A stretch of 64,000 nucleotides of DNA from NCBI GenBank assembly GCA_030744875.1, contig JASLPR010000041.1:35816-99815 (forward strand). Direction: 5' to 3'. The DNA is from Chloroflexota bacterium (GTDB lineage Bacteria > Chloroflexota > UBA11872 > VXNJ01). The position numbers and the translations under genes are program-made. Each line of letters opens with the position of its first letter. The first letter of the stretch is position 1. Under the pieces are notes generated by a model. It saw nothing but the letters and a program-made list of their open reading frames with translations. It was not told the origin of the DNA and did no database searches. This document shows positions 38,095 through 47,135 of the stretch, piece by piece.

Positions 38095-39026
38095 TCGTCC
38101 CGCCTTAGGAGGGCTTCTACAAATTCGGTTGGATCGAAGACGGCGAGGTCGTCGATCGACTCGCCGGTGCCGACAAACTTTATCGGAACAGCGAGCTCTT
38201 CCGTTATAGGAAAGACGACGCCGCCCTTGGAAGAGCTGTCGAGTTTGGCGAGGATGATGCCAGTAACGCCGACCGCCTCCCCGAAAAGCCGCGCCTGTGA
38301 GAGCGCGTTCTGGCCGGTGAGGCCATCGAGGACAAGCAGGACCTCGTGGGGCGCGCCAGCATCGGCGCGGTTGAGGACGCGGACGACTTTCTCGAGTTCG
38401 GCCATGAGGTTGCGGTTGGTCTGGAGGCGGCCGGCGGTGTCGATGATGAGGTAGTCGACGCCGGCGGCGGTGGCGGCCCCGAGCGCGTCAAAGACGACGG
38501 CGGCAGGGTCGGCGCCGGGTTGGTGGGCAACGACCCGCTGGTCGAGGCGATCGCCCCAGATCTTCAACTGGTCGATGGCGCCGGCGCGGAAGGTGTCGGC
38601 GGCGGCAAGGAGGCTGGTGAGGCCCGCCCGCTTGAGACTGTGGGCGAGCTTGGCGATGCTGGTGGTCTTGCCGGAGCCGTTGACGCCAACGACGAGCACG
38701 ATGGTCGGGCCATGGCCGCCGGCGAGTTCGCCGGAGCCGGCGTCGAGCGCCTCGATTAGCAGGGTCTGCATTGCGGCAAGCATCGCATCGGGGGTCTTGA
38801 TCCCTTCGTCTTTGACCTGCTGCCGGAGGCGGGTGACGATGTCGAGGGCGAACTCGGGCCCGACATCACCCGTGATGAGAAGGTCTTCGAGTTCTTCCCA
38901 GTCGTCATCGCCGATGCTGGAGCGGGTGAAGACCGCCGCGATGCGGGAACCGAAGCCGCGCCGGGATTTTTCGGTGCCTTCTTCGACGGATTTTCCGCGG
39001 AAACGGTTCTTCAGACGGTTAAGCAT
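38091..39026 (-). CDS. ftsY: Signal-recognition-particle receptor FtsY (short form)
   Basis: Start at ATG 39024-39026 (MLNRLKNRF...). NG domain with [15 protein letters not shown] and the SRP GTPase motifs. The upstream 180 codons of the same ORF are Pro/Ser/Thr low-complexity and were excluded. Confidence 0.85.
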   Translation of the reverse strand: MLNRLKNRFRGKSVEEGTEKSRRGFGSRIAAVFTRSSIGDDDWEELEDLLITGDVGPEFALDIVTRLRQQVKDEGIKTPDAMLAAMQTLLIEALDAGSGELAGGHGPTIVLVVGVNGSGKTTSIAKLAHSLKRAGLTSLLAAADTFRAGAIDQLKIWGDRLDQRVVAHQPGADPAAVVFDALGAATAAGVDYLIIDTAGRLQTNRNLMAELEKVVRVLNRADAGAPHEVLLVLDGLTGQNALSQARLFGEAVGVTGIILAKLDSSSKGGVVFPITEELAVPIKFVGTGESIDDLAVFDPTEFVEALLRRDE

Positions 39027-39093
39027 GATCCTCGGCGAGAGAGACGACCGCGGGTTCCGGGACGGCCCGGACCGGGGCGCAGGGTACCGGCCG

Positions 39094-39978
39094 CTAGGGT
39101 AGCGGCCCCTGGGAGATGTTGGGCTCGCCGAAGATCGTATCGACGTGCGGGTTGAAGAGGCCAATTTCGGCGGCAGAGATGTACGCGCCGCCGTAGTTGC
39201 TAAGGACGCGGACGATCGTGGAGGTGGTGACGACTTCGTCGTCGAGGAGGAACACCTGTTTCTCGGCGATCGGCAGGGCGGTGATTTCGGCGACCAGGAC
39301 CCGTCTCGCGGAGCCCCCGGCGGGATCGGGGACGGTGGCGTAGATCTCGATGTCTTTGGGGTAGGTGGACGGGTCTTCAAGGGGATGGTTCCAGACGACG
39401 ACCTTGGCCATGGTTTGGGGTTCGACGGCGGCGAGGCGGACGTCGATGGGGAAGTTGGCGTCGGCGGAACGCCAGGAGGGTACCGGCCCGTCGGGCAGGC
39501 CGTCGTGCAGGCGATCGATGTTGTGGTCGGGGTCGAGGCTCTGCGAGGTGGAGCTGGCGACGCCAAGGTTCAGGATCTCGACGAAGTCGAGCCCTTCGCC
39601 GTCGACGTCAAAGTTCTGGGTGAATCCGACGCGGGCGCGGCGGATCAACATGGGGTCGGGCTGGGCGTTGCCGGTGGTGTAGACGATGTAGCCGCCGATG
39701 GCGAGGAAGACGGCGATGACGCCGAGACCGAGGGCGAGCATGGGGTAGTCGATGTTGCGAAAGCGCCGCCAAAGGTTGGCCAGGGTCAGGCGGGCATCTT
39801 CGCGGACCTCGGCGGCAACGTGGGCGGCATCATGGCAACGAGGGCAGAGTTGGGCGCCCCGATGCTCGGTTAGCGCGGGCGGCGACACGAGCGTGTAACA
39901 GCGACCGCAGCGCTCGGTGGCCTCACGGGTGGGGTAATAGGGGCAGCGGGGCCGATGTGAGAGTGATTGTCGGGCCAT
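39094..39978 (-). CDS. Membrane-anchored protein with an N-terminal cytoplasmic zinc ribbon, a single TM and an extracytoplasmic domain of unknown function
   Basis: CPYYP...CGRC...CPRCH Cys cluster, then the hydrophobic segment [20 protein letters not shown], then ~200 aa unrecognised. Confidence 0.6.
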   Translation of the reverse strand: MARQSLSHRPRCPYYPTREATERCGRCYTLVSPPALTEHRGAQLCPRCHDAAHVAAEVREDARLTLANLWRRFRNIDYPMLALGLGVIAVFLAIGGYIVYTTGNAQPDPMLIRRARVGFTQNFDVDGEGLDFVEILNLGVASSTSQSLDPDHNIDRLHDGLPDGPVPSWRSADANFPIDVRLAAVEPQTMAKVVVWNHPLEDPSTYPKDIEIYATVPDPAGGSARRVLVAEITALPIAEKQVFLLDDEVVTTSTIVRVLSNYGGAYISAAEIGLFNPHVDTIFGEPNISQGPLP

Positions 39979-40102
39979 GGCCTGTCCGATTCCGCACGGA
40001 GCGGGACGGGTGGATTCGCGTCAAGTATAGGAACAGAACCAGCGCGGGCGTCCAACGGGATCGCCGGGCGGACCGGCGGCTCGATTCGGGGTGGGATCCG
40101 GG

Positions 40103-40321
40103 CTAGCGCCGGGGCTCGTGGTGCAGGTTCACGACGGGCTCGTTGGCATACACGTCACCGTTGCGGATCTTCAAATTGAAGCGGCAATCGGGATTGGTGC
40201 AGACCCAAGCCTTGTAGTGCACGGCAGCGCCTTGGCCGCCGAAATCGGAGAGCGGCACGAGCTCGCCGGCGTCGCATGAGCGACATACAGGAAACTGCGC
40301 GGATGCTTCGGAATACTCCAT
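40103..40321 (-). CDS. Small zinc-ribbon protein (CxxC ... CxxxxC)
   Basis: 72 aa. ATG preceded by GAGGTAG. Cys pairs CRSC and CTNPDC. Confidence 0.5.
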   Translation of the reverse strand: MEYSEASAQFPVCRSCDAGELVPLSDFGGQGAAVHYKAWVCTNPDCRFNLKIRNGDVYANEPVVNLHHEPRR

Positions 40322-40669
40322 TGTTTCTACCTCGTTTGATTGAAAGGAATTGAACTTGCTTGAACATCTGTCGTCTCGGACCCAACTTCAAACCACTTCA
40401 CATATAGACGGACCACCCTGAGAAGATTCGTACCAAACTCTCGCTGTGCGCGCCCTGCTGCATACCGCCCTTTCATCATCTCTACCGGACTGCGGCGACG
40501 CACGTCCTATCGTGGCGCCCGCGCGCCATTCCACGCTGTTCCGGGGGCACGGTCTCCTCGCGCAGCGACATGGTGTCACCGTCGTATGACGGCGGGCCTC
40601 GCAATCGCGGCCTCTCACACCTTCCCCAAACACGAGCGATTGGAGACAGTCTGGCGGGAATTTCCCGGT

Positions 40670-40703
40670 CCCGTACTTTGTGCGCTCACGCACAAAGTAC
40701 GGG
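40670..40703. terminator. Perfect 15-bp inverted repeat with a 4-nt loop, ~60 nt downstream of glcF. It is a putative intrinsic terminator, or possibly an operator palindrome.
   Basis: CCCGTACTTTGTGCG ctca CGCACAAAGTACGGG. Confidence 0.5.
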
Positions 40704-40763
40704 GATTATATTTGCTGCTGGAAACGGAGGTCAAGCGCAGGCCGCGACACGGCTGGCGGGCCG

Positions 40764-42080
40764 CTAGACGGACCGCTGGGCCCGGTCCAGGAACTCGGCC
40801 AAGTGGACGATCTGGACTTCGGAGCGGGCCGCTTCGAGCCCGGCCCGCAGGTGGGCGTGGCAGCCGGGGTTGGTGGTGATTACCGTGCGAGCGCCGGTGG
40901 CGGCGATGGCAGCAAGCTTCTCGTCGCGGATGCGGCCGGCCAGATCGGGGTTGAGCGCGCTGTAGATGCCGGCGCTGCCGCAGCAAAGCCCGGAGTTGTC
41001 CATCTCGACCAGTTCAACGCCGGGGACGGCGGCGACGAGATCGCGCGGTTGCCGAGTAATGCCTTGGGCGTGGTTGAGGTGGCAGGCGTCCTGGACGACG
41101 ACCCGCTCGGCGATGCGCCCGCCGGGGGACGCGCCGATCTGGGCCATCCATTCGCTGAATTCGCGCACCTTCGTGGCAAGTTCGCCGGCGCGGGCGGAAT
41201 ACCGCCCGTCATCGGCGAGCAACTCGCCCCATTCTTTCATGGTGGAGCCACAACCGGCCGAGTTGACAACGATGGCGTCGAGGTCGGCGGCATGGAAGGC
41301 GTCGATGTTGCGGCGGGCGGCCTCGCGGGCGGTGTGACGGTCGCCGGTGTGCAGGCTGAGCGAGCCGCAACAAGTCTGATCGGGGGGCAGGACGACCTCG
41401 CAGCCAGCGCGGGCGAGAACCCGCAGGGACGCGCGGTGGACCTCGGCGAAACCGACGCTCATGATGCACCCGGTGAGGAAGCCGACACGGAAACGGCGCG
41501 GGCCCTCGGCCTCGACCAGGGGGAGGTCGGTAGGGTCCAGGAAACTGGAGGACATGCGCGGGGTCATGGCTTCGGCTTGTTCCATGTCCCCGGGGAAAAG
41601 GCGAAGGAAGCCGGAGCGACGCAGCAGGGCGCGCATCCCGCTGCGCTGGTAGAAGCGCAGCCCGGTAGCCAGCAGGCGCAGATAGTTGGGCCGCAGGAAG
41701 ATGTGGCGCAGGACCGCGTTGGCGATCTTGAGCCCGGTCGGGATGTTGCCGATCTGGGTGGCCTGAACGCGTGCGGACTCGATGAGCGACCCGTATTTGA
41801 CGCCGGAAGGGCAGGCGGTCTCGCAGCCGCGACAGTCGAGGCAGAGGTAGATGTGATCGCGGAATGACTGGTCGTCGATGGAGAGCCGACCCTCACCCAC
41901 CGCGCGGATCAACTGGACGCGGCCGCGGGGGGAGTCCATCTCGACGCGCAGGTCACGGTAGGTAGGGCATTCGTCGAGGCAGAGCCCGCAGTGGATACAG
42001 GTGTTAATGAGGCTGCGGTCAGGGGCGACCGAGCCGGAGAAACCGACCATCGGGACGGTGGGTTGGGTGCTAGATGCCAT
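40764..42080 (-). CDS. glcF: Fe-S subunit of a glycolate-oxidase-like complex (GlcF-like; two 4Fe-4S ferredoxin motifs plus CCG domains)
   Basis: Start at ATG 42078-42080. CIHCGLCLDECPTY and CLDCRGCETACPSGV, followed by Cys-rich CCG repeats. The extension in the ORF track to 42635 overlaps the upstream gene and was rejected. Confidence 0.8.
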   Translation of the reverse strand: MASSTQPTVPMVGFSGSVAPDRSLINTCIHCGLCLDECPTYRDLRVEMDSPRGRVQLIRAVGEGRLSIDDQSFRDHIYLCLDCRGCETACPSGVKYGSLIESARVQATQIGNIPTGLKIANAVLRHIFLRPNYLRLLATGLRFYQRSGMRALLRRSGFLRLFPGDMEQAEAMTPRMSSSFLDPTDLPLVEAEGPRRFRVGFLTGCIMSVGFAEVHRASLRVLARAGCEVVLPPDQTCCGSLSLHTGDRHTAREAARRNIDAFHAADLDAIVVNSAGCGSTMKEWGELLADDGRYSARAGELATKVREFSEWMAQIGASPGGRIAERVVVQDACHLNHAQGITRQPRDLVAAVPGVELVEMDNSGLCCGSAGIYSALNPDLAGRIRDEKLAAIAATGARTVITTNPGCHAHLRAGLEAARSEVQIVHLAEFLDRAQRSV

Positions 42081-43398
42081 GGGCGAACCGTCCCGGGTTG
42101 AGGGTGCAGTACGGATCGAACTTGTCTTTGAGGGAACGCATGATGGCGACCGCGCCGGAATCGACGCCGGCACCCCAGATATCGACCGTCTGCTTGACGG
42201 CCGGCGGACAAGCTTCGACGACGAGCGAGCCGGAGAGTTCGGCGACCGCCGCGCGGAGCGATTCGATGGCGACGGCGAGGCGCTCGTCGCCCTCCCCGGA
42301 AAAGCTGACGTGGACGATGCCATCGAGGGCCCGACCCCAGATGGCGACGTCGAGGTCGGCGGCGGCGGCGAGGTCTTCGGCATGGCCGAAGACGGCTTCG
42401 ACCCGAGACGAGCGGACGGTGGCGCGGCATCGAGCGCGAGCCTCGGCGGCGGGGATTTCGCTGAGGCCGGCGAGGGCGGTCCAGGCCTGCTGCTGCCCAT
42501 CGGGGCTGAGCGTTTGCGGGCGGCCACGGTTGCTCGTAAAGATGGCGCCGGTGTCACCGACCTGCCGCTGGACGGCCTCTTCGCGACCGCCAAACCGAAC
42601 CAGCAGGGCGCGAACGCCGGCAGGGTCCTCACCAAGGATTACCGCAGCGGCCCGGCGGTCGAGGATTTCGACGGAGTTTGGGGTCAGGACGGAGTCGACC
42701 AGGGCATCGAGGGCTCGGCCGGCGCCGTCGGCGTCATCGAATACGCCGGCGACCGTGGATTCAACGGAGGGGAGGGGAAGGAGCTTGAAATTGGCTTCGA
42801 CGATGGCCCCGAGCGTGCCGAGCGAGCCAGTGTAGAGCTTGCCCATATCGTAGCCGGTGACGTTCTTTACGACCATGCCGCCGGCCCGGGTCGTCTGGCC
42901 GTCGGGATGGGCCATGCGGATGCCGATGAGGAGGTCGCGGACGGTGCCGTAGCCGGTGCGGCGCGGGCCGGACGCGGCGGTAGCGACGATGCCGCCGATG
43001 GTGGTCCGGTCGGCGAAGGGGGGGTCGAGGGGGAGGAATTGGCCGTGGGCGGCCAGTTCGGCTTGCAGATCGGCCAGGCGGACGCCGGCCTGGATGCTGG
43101 CGGTCATGTCGGCGGGGTTGTATTCGAGGATGCCGTCAAGTCGCCGCATGGAAAGCAGCACATCGGCCGAGCGGGGCCGGTTGCCGAGGTCCAGGCAGGA
43201 ACCACCGCCGGTGAGGATGACCGCCGCGCGACGATCGGCGCAGGTCCGCAGAACCGCCGCGACCTGCTCGGCGTCGCCGGGGCTGACAAGAAGCCCCGGA
43301 TGCACTCCGTCGATGGCCGGGTGGCCCTGCTCACCACCGTCTTCGACCCATTCTTCGCCAACAACCGCCGCGAGGGCGCCGGCGAGTTCGTGGGCCAT
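42070..43398 (-). CDS. FAD-binding oxidase subunit (GlcD/GlcE-like, PCMH-type FAD domain)
   Basis: Start MAHELAGAL at ATG 43396-43398. The stop overlaps the glcF start by 11 nt. FAD-binding-4 pattern (VLRTCADRRAAVILTGGGS). Confidence 0.75.
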   Translation of the reverse strand: MAHELAGALAAVVGEEWVEDGGEQGHPAIDGVHPGLLVSPGDAEQVAAVLRTCADRRAAVILTGGGSCLDLGNRPRSADVLLSMRRLDGILEYNPADMTASIQAGVRLADLQAELAAHGQFLPLDPPFADRTTIGGIVATAASGPRRTGYGTVRDLLIGIRMAHPDGQTTRAGGMVVKNVTGYDMGKLYTGSLGTLGAIVEANFKLLPLPSVESTVAGVFDDADGAGRALDALVDSVLTPNSVEILDRRAAAVILGEDPAGVRALLVRFGGREEAVQRQVGDTGAIFTSNRGRPQTLSPDGQQQAWTALAGLSEIPAAEARARCRATVRSSRVEAVFGHAEDLAAAADLDVAIWGRALDGIVHVSFSGEGDERLAVAIESLRAAVAELSGSLVVEACPPAVKQTVDIWGAGVDSGAVAIMRSLKDKFDPYCTLNPGRFAHGI

Positions 43399-43510
43399 GG
43401 GGCTGACTCCAGGGAGAAGGGACACGGACGGTGACAATTCTAAGGGCGGTTCGGCCCGACGGGGAAACCGGAACTCCAGATTCACGGGGCGGGCGACTAC
43501 TATTGCCGCT

Positions 43511-44392
43511 ATGGATGTACTGGAAGGGCTGCGGGAGCTGCAGGCGCGACGGGCAACGGCGGCGGGACGGCTGGGGCTAGTGCCGACAATGGGGGCCTTG
43601 CACCCCGGCCACCGGGCATTGCTGCGGGCGGCGCGAGACCGCTGTGACAACGTCGCCGCGAGCCTGTTCGTGAACCCGACGCAGTTCGGCGCGGAAGATG
43701 ATTTTGCAGGCTACCCGCGAACGTGGGACCGGGACCTGGAGATCCTGGCAGCGGAGGGAGTGGATTTCGTCTGGGCGCCGCCGATGGAGGTCATGTACCC
43801 GGAGGGGCCGGTGGCGACGGTGGACCCGGGGCAGCTGGCGACTGTGCTGGAGGGGAAAGCGCGACCGGGGCACTTCGCCGGCGTGGCGACGGTGGTGGCA
43901 CGGCTTTTCGACCAGGTGCGCCCGGACATGGCCTTCTTTGGCCAGAAGGACTGGCAGCAAACCCGGGTGATCGCCGACCTGGTGGAACGGCTGGAGCCGG
44001 GGATTGAACTGGTGGTGGCGGCGACGGTGAGGGAGGCGGACGGGCTGGCCTGCAGCAGCCGCAATGTGTGCCTGGACGGGCAGGGGCGGCGGGCGGCGAC
44101 TGCGCTGTACGGGGGGTTGGTGCGAGCGTCGGCGGCGTTTGAGGGGGGCGAGGAGGATGCGGAGGCTTTGCGGGAAATGGTGCGCACGACCGTCGCGAGC
44201 GAACCGCTGGCGCGGCTGGAGTACGCCAGTGTGGCGGATGCGCTGGATCTGATCGAGCTGGAAGTCGCCCGCGAGCCGGTGGTGTTCTCGGGCGCGGTGA
44301 CGGTCGGCGGTGTGCATCTGATCGACAACATTGTGGTTGGCCCGGAGTTGGCCCGGGAGGACGGCACGGATGGGACCGGGTCCGGGCTCTAG
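43511..44392 (+). CDS. panC: Pantoate--beta-alanine ligase
   Basis: ATG at 43511. GLVPTMGALHPGH (HIGH-type motif) and FGQKDWQQ. Confidence 0.9.
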   Translation: MDVLEGLRELQARRATAAGRLGLVPTMGALHPGHRALLRAARDRCDNVAASLFVNPTQFGAEDDFAGYPRTWDRDLEILAAEGVDFVWAPPMEVMYPEGPVATVDPGQLATVLEGKARPGHFAGVATVVARLFDQVRPDMAFFGQKDWQQTRVIADLVERLEPGIELVVAATVREADGLACSSRNVCLDGQGRRAATALYGGLVRASAAFEGGEEDAEALREMVRTTVASEPLARLEYASVADALDLIELEVAREPVVFSGAVTVGGVHLIDNIVVGPELAREDGTDGTGSGL

Positions 44393-44457
44393 ACCGGGCA
44401 CCGCTGGCGAGTCTATTCTTGGCGTTCGTAATCTTCCAGAAGGCGGCGGCGAAGACT

Positions 44458-45324
44458 ATGCAACTAACCGGATCGACGTTCCCCTATACCCGCGACCGGC
44501 TCCCGCTGGCACGCGCCCTGGCGGGTATCGCGGCGGCGGGATTCGAGTTCGTAAGTCTGGCCCGGGAGCACGCCGAGAGCGCCCTGTTTCGGGACCCGGG
44601 CAACAGCGGAGCGCTGGATGAATTGCGGGAGGCGATCGTGTCCTACGGCCTGCAGTGCCGGCACGCGAATTTCGGTGAGTTGACCGGGGACGCGCGCTCG
44701 ACGGCGGACCTGCGGGAGTTCATCAGGGCGGGATCGTACCTGGGCATCCACAACGTAAGCGTTCTGGCGCCGGCGCGGTTTGAGGCGGGGGAAGATAACC
44801 GCCGGATTCCGAAGGATGAGAAGACGATGGCGGCGGATCGGAAGCGGCTGATCGCGGCGTTGCGCAAGTTGCTGCCAGAGGCGCAAAACGCAGGGGTGGT
44901 GCTGACGCTGGCGCCGCGCCCGGGGATCGCGCTCACCGGAGCGGCGCTGGGCGAGATTCATGGGTCGCTGGGGAGCGCCGATTTTGGAGTCTGTTACGAC
45001 CCGGTACAGGTGCATTTTCACCAGGGGACTGACCCGGTGGAGGACCTGGCGCCGGTGGCGGGAGCGACGACCGCTTTGTTCGCGACGGACCATGCCGGAA
45101 TTCCGGGGCGGCTGCGAGTGGTGCCACCGGGCAGCGGGGAGTTGAACTTGCAGGCGGTACTGGCGGCGCTGGTGGCGGCAGGCTTCGACGGGCCGGTGAT
45201 CGCCGCGCGACTCGGAGTGCTGGGAGCGCGCCGGATTGACCGGGAGATGCAACGGGCGGCTGAGCACCTGCGCGCGATCGGCGCACAGGCGGAGGGGCGG
45301 GGGGCGGCGGCTACTCGATCTTGA
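44458..45324 (+). CDS. Sugar phosphate isomerase/epimerase (xylose-isomerase-like TIM barrel)
   Basis: ATG at 44458. 288 aa with the family pattern (GFEFV..., NVSVLAP, VVLTLAPRPG, ATDHAG). Confidence 0.7.
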   Translation: MQLTGSTFPYTRDRLPLARALAGIAAAGFEFVSLAREHAESALFRDPGNSGALDELREAIVSYGLQCRHANFGELTGDARSTADLREFIRAGSYLGIHNVSVLAPARFEAGEDNRRIPKDEKTMAADRKRLIAALRKLLPEAQNAGVVLTLAPRPGIALTGAALGEIHGSLGSADFGVCYDPVQVHFHQGTDPVEDLAPVAGATTALFATDHAGIPGRLRVVPPGSGELNLQAVLAALVAAGFDGPVIAARLGVLGARRIDREMQRAAEHLRAIGAQAEGRGAAATRS

Positions 45325-45550
45325 TGCGGGCGGGGCCGGGGGAGGAGGGGGTGTCGGACTCTTCGTCGATGAGACGCAGGGCGACATCGAGGGCGCTGCG
45401 CAGGGTCTTGAGAGCTTCGCGGACGGCGCCGCGGGCATGCGGCCCGATATCGTCGAGGATGACGGCGGGGCGCTCGATTTCGACGGTGATGCGGATGGGG
45501 CCGTCGGAGGAGGACTTTGCGTCGGGGGTAGAGGCGGTGTCGTCGGTCAT
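45311..45550 (-). CDS. Hypothetical small protein
   Basis: 79-aa ORF with ordinary composition, convergent with the preceding gene and overlapping it by 14 nt. Weak RBS. Confidence 0.4.
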   Translation of the reverse strand: MTDDTASTPDAKSSSDGPIRITVEIERPAVILDDIGPHARGAVREALKTLRSALDVALRLIDEESDTPSSPGPARIKIE

Positions 45551-45693
45551 CGGCGTAATCCCGGTCTGGAGAACGCGGTCGAAGCGATTATATCGGGGCC
45601 CGGAGGGAGTGCAGGGACAATGTTAGGAAAGATAACGAAATACCCCGGGGGGGTATGTACAATAGGAGCGTGAAGTCTAACTAGACAGGATCG

Positions 45694-46047
45694 ATGGTAA
45701 TGGCGAAGCCGATTGCAGTTGAAGATTCCGAGTTCGCGACCAAGGTGCTCGGATCGGATGTCCCGGTGGTGGTTGATTTCTGGGCCGAGTGGTGCGCGCC
45801 ATGCAAGATGATGGCGCCGGTATTCGAGAAGCTGGCAGACGAGTTTGAGGGCCAGTTGACGTTCGCAAAGGTGGACGTGGATACGAACCAGGGCTCGGCG
45901 GGTCAGTTTGAAATCCGCGGGATTCCGACGCTGCTGGTGTTCGATGGCGGTAAGGAAGTGGACCGGATCGTAGGATTCGCGCCGGAGGACCAGCTGCGCG
46001 GGCGGCTGGGTGCGGTAGCGGCAGCTGCGGCGGGCCCGGTGGGATGA
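45694..46047 (+). CDS. trxA: Thioredoxin
   Basis: WCAPC active site, 117 aa. Confidence 0.9.
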   Translation: MVMAKPIAVEDSEFATKVLGSDVPVVVDFWAEWCAPCKMMAPVFEKLADEFEGQLTFAKVDVDTNQGSAGQFEIRGIPTLLVFDGGKEVDRIVGFAPEDQLRGRLGAVAAAAAGPVG

Positions 46048-46349
46048 CAGCCGAACCGGCCGCGAGTCGGGTAGAACTGCTGGAGGCGGCGGACCGGGAC
46101 GTGATTGCCCGGCTGCGTAGGGCCGAGGGTCAGCTGCGCGGTATACAGCGGATGATCACCAACTCGCGGCAATGCGAGGAAGTGGTAGCGCAGATGCTGG
46201 CGGTCAGGGCAGCGCTGGACCGGATGGTGGAGATTCACCTGACCTCCAACATTCGCGACTGTGCGCGCGGGCTGCCGCCGGAAGAGGCGGCCGAACGAAT
46301 GACAAGTCTTATGTCGATGGTGACGCGGAAGGCGGGGGTACGTGGCTGA
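46044..46349 (+). CDS. CsoR/RcnR/FrmR-family (DUF156) transcriptional repressor with two Cys 29 residues apart (CstR-like spacing)
   Basis: ATGA start/stop overlap with trxA. VIARLRRAEGQLRGIQRMI... helix pattern. Cys44 (RQCEE) and Cys73 (RDCAR), with no HxxxC Cu(I) motif. Confidence 0.75.
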   Translation: MTAEPAASRVELLEAADRDVIARLRRAEGQLRGIQRMITNSRQCEEVVAQMLAVRAALDRMVEIHLTSNIRDCARGLPPEEAAERMTSLMSMVTRKAGVRG

Positions 46350-46596
46350 GGGTACGGATATCACCTTGTACGGGGTGGAGTGGTGCCCCTGGGTGCGTCG
46401 GGCGCGCAATTGGCTGGAGTCGCACGGGTTGCCATATGAATGGGTGGTGGTGCCGGATGCCCAGTGGGAGCGCCAGGAGGTGGTGGCGGTTTCGGGCCAG
46501 ATGGAGGTGCCGGTGATTGTGGTGGCGCACGACGGCCAGCGGCACGTTTTCTTGGAGGAGACCCACCCGGACCTGCCGGGGCTGCTGAACCTCTAG
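46342..46596 (+). CDS. Glutaredoxin-like / thioredoxin-fold small protein with a single active-site Cys (WCPWV)
   Basis: 84 aa. ITLYGVEWCPWVRRARNWL is a glutaredoxin/NrdH-like N-terminal beta-alpha unit. The start overlaps the end of the regulator gene by 8 nt. Confidence 0.65.
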   Translation: MAEGTDITLYGVEWCPWVRRARNWLESHGLPYEWVVVPDAQWERQEVVAVSGQMEVPVIVVAHDGQRHVFLEETHPDLPGLLNL

Positions 46597-47126
46597 ACGG
46601 GCGGGGCGTGGAGTTGGTCGCCGCAGCGGGTGCAGAAGGCTGACCCGGAGAGGTTGACGTGCGCGCAGACCGGGCACTTAACCTCGGGCGGCAGGGAAAA
46701 ACCGCAGGCTCCGCAGTAGAGCGCCCCGTGCTCGCGCGGGCTGCCGCAGGCGGGACAGGCGCCGACCGGTAGGCGCCAGGCGGCGGAGCGACGACGACTG
46801 GCGCCGGTGCGGCTGTGCAAAAGGGCAAGTTCGGTGCGGCTGAACTGCAGGCACTCGGCCAGGCCACGGGCGTCGTCGCCGGAGACAAAAGTTATCTTGG
46901 CGGTCTCGAGATCGCTGACCCAGGGACGGTCACGACCGATGGCGACGGCAAGCTGGGCCTGGGTCAGGCCAGCGCGTTTGCGAGCATCGAATACCGCGGA
47001 CCCGAGGCGTCCGCGGTCGATTTCGGCAAAGGACCTTTTCCTGAACCTCCGCTTCGCCAAATAGCGCCTCCCAAGAGTGGCCGAAGCAAGGGCGGAGACG
47101 TTACCACGGGGGGGGTCCGGGGGCAA
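46593..47126 (-). CDS. XRE-family HTH protein with a C-terminal double zinc ribbon (start uncertain)
   Basis: HTH: LGSAVFDARKRAGLTQAQLAVAIGRDRPWVSDLE. C-terminus: CPACG...CGACG...CPVCAH...CTRCG. Confidence 0.65.
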   Translation of the reverse strand: MPPDPPRGNVSALASATLGRRYLAKRRFRKRSFAEIDRGRLGSAVFDARKRAGLTQAQLAVAIGRDRPWVSDLETAKITFVSGDDARGLAECLQFSRTELALLHSRTGASRRRSAAWRLPVGACPACGSPREHGALYCGACGFSLPPEVKCPVCAHVNLSGSAFCTRCGDQLHAPPV

Positions 47127-47135
47127 AACCGGGGA

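Noticed and set aside
38091-39566. Track ORF extending FtsY by ~180 Pro/Ser/Thr-rich N-terminal codons
   Set aside because: The conserved FtsY N-terminus (MLNRLKNRF) starts at the ATG at 39026. The extension overlaps the 3' end of the upstream gene and is low-complexity.
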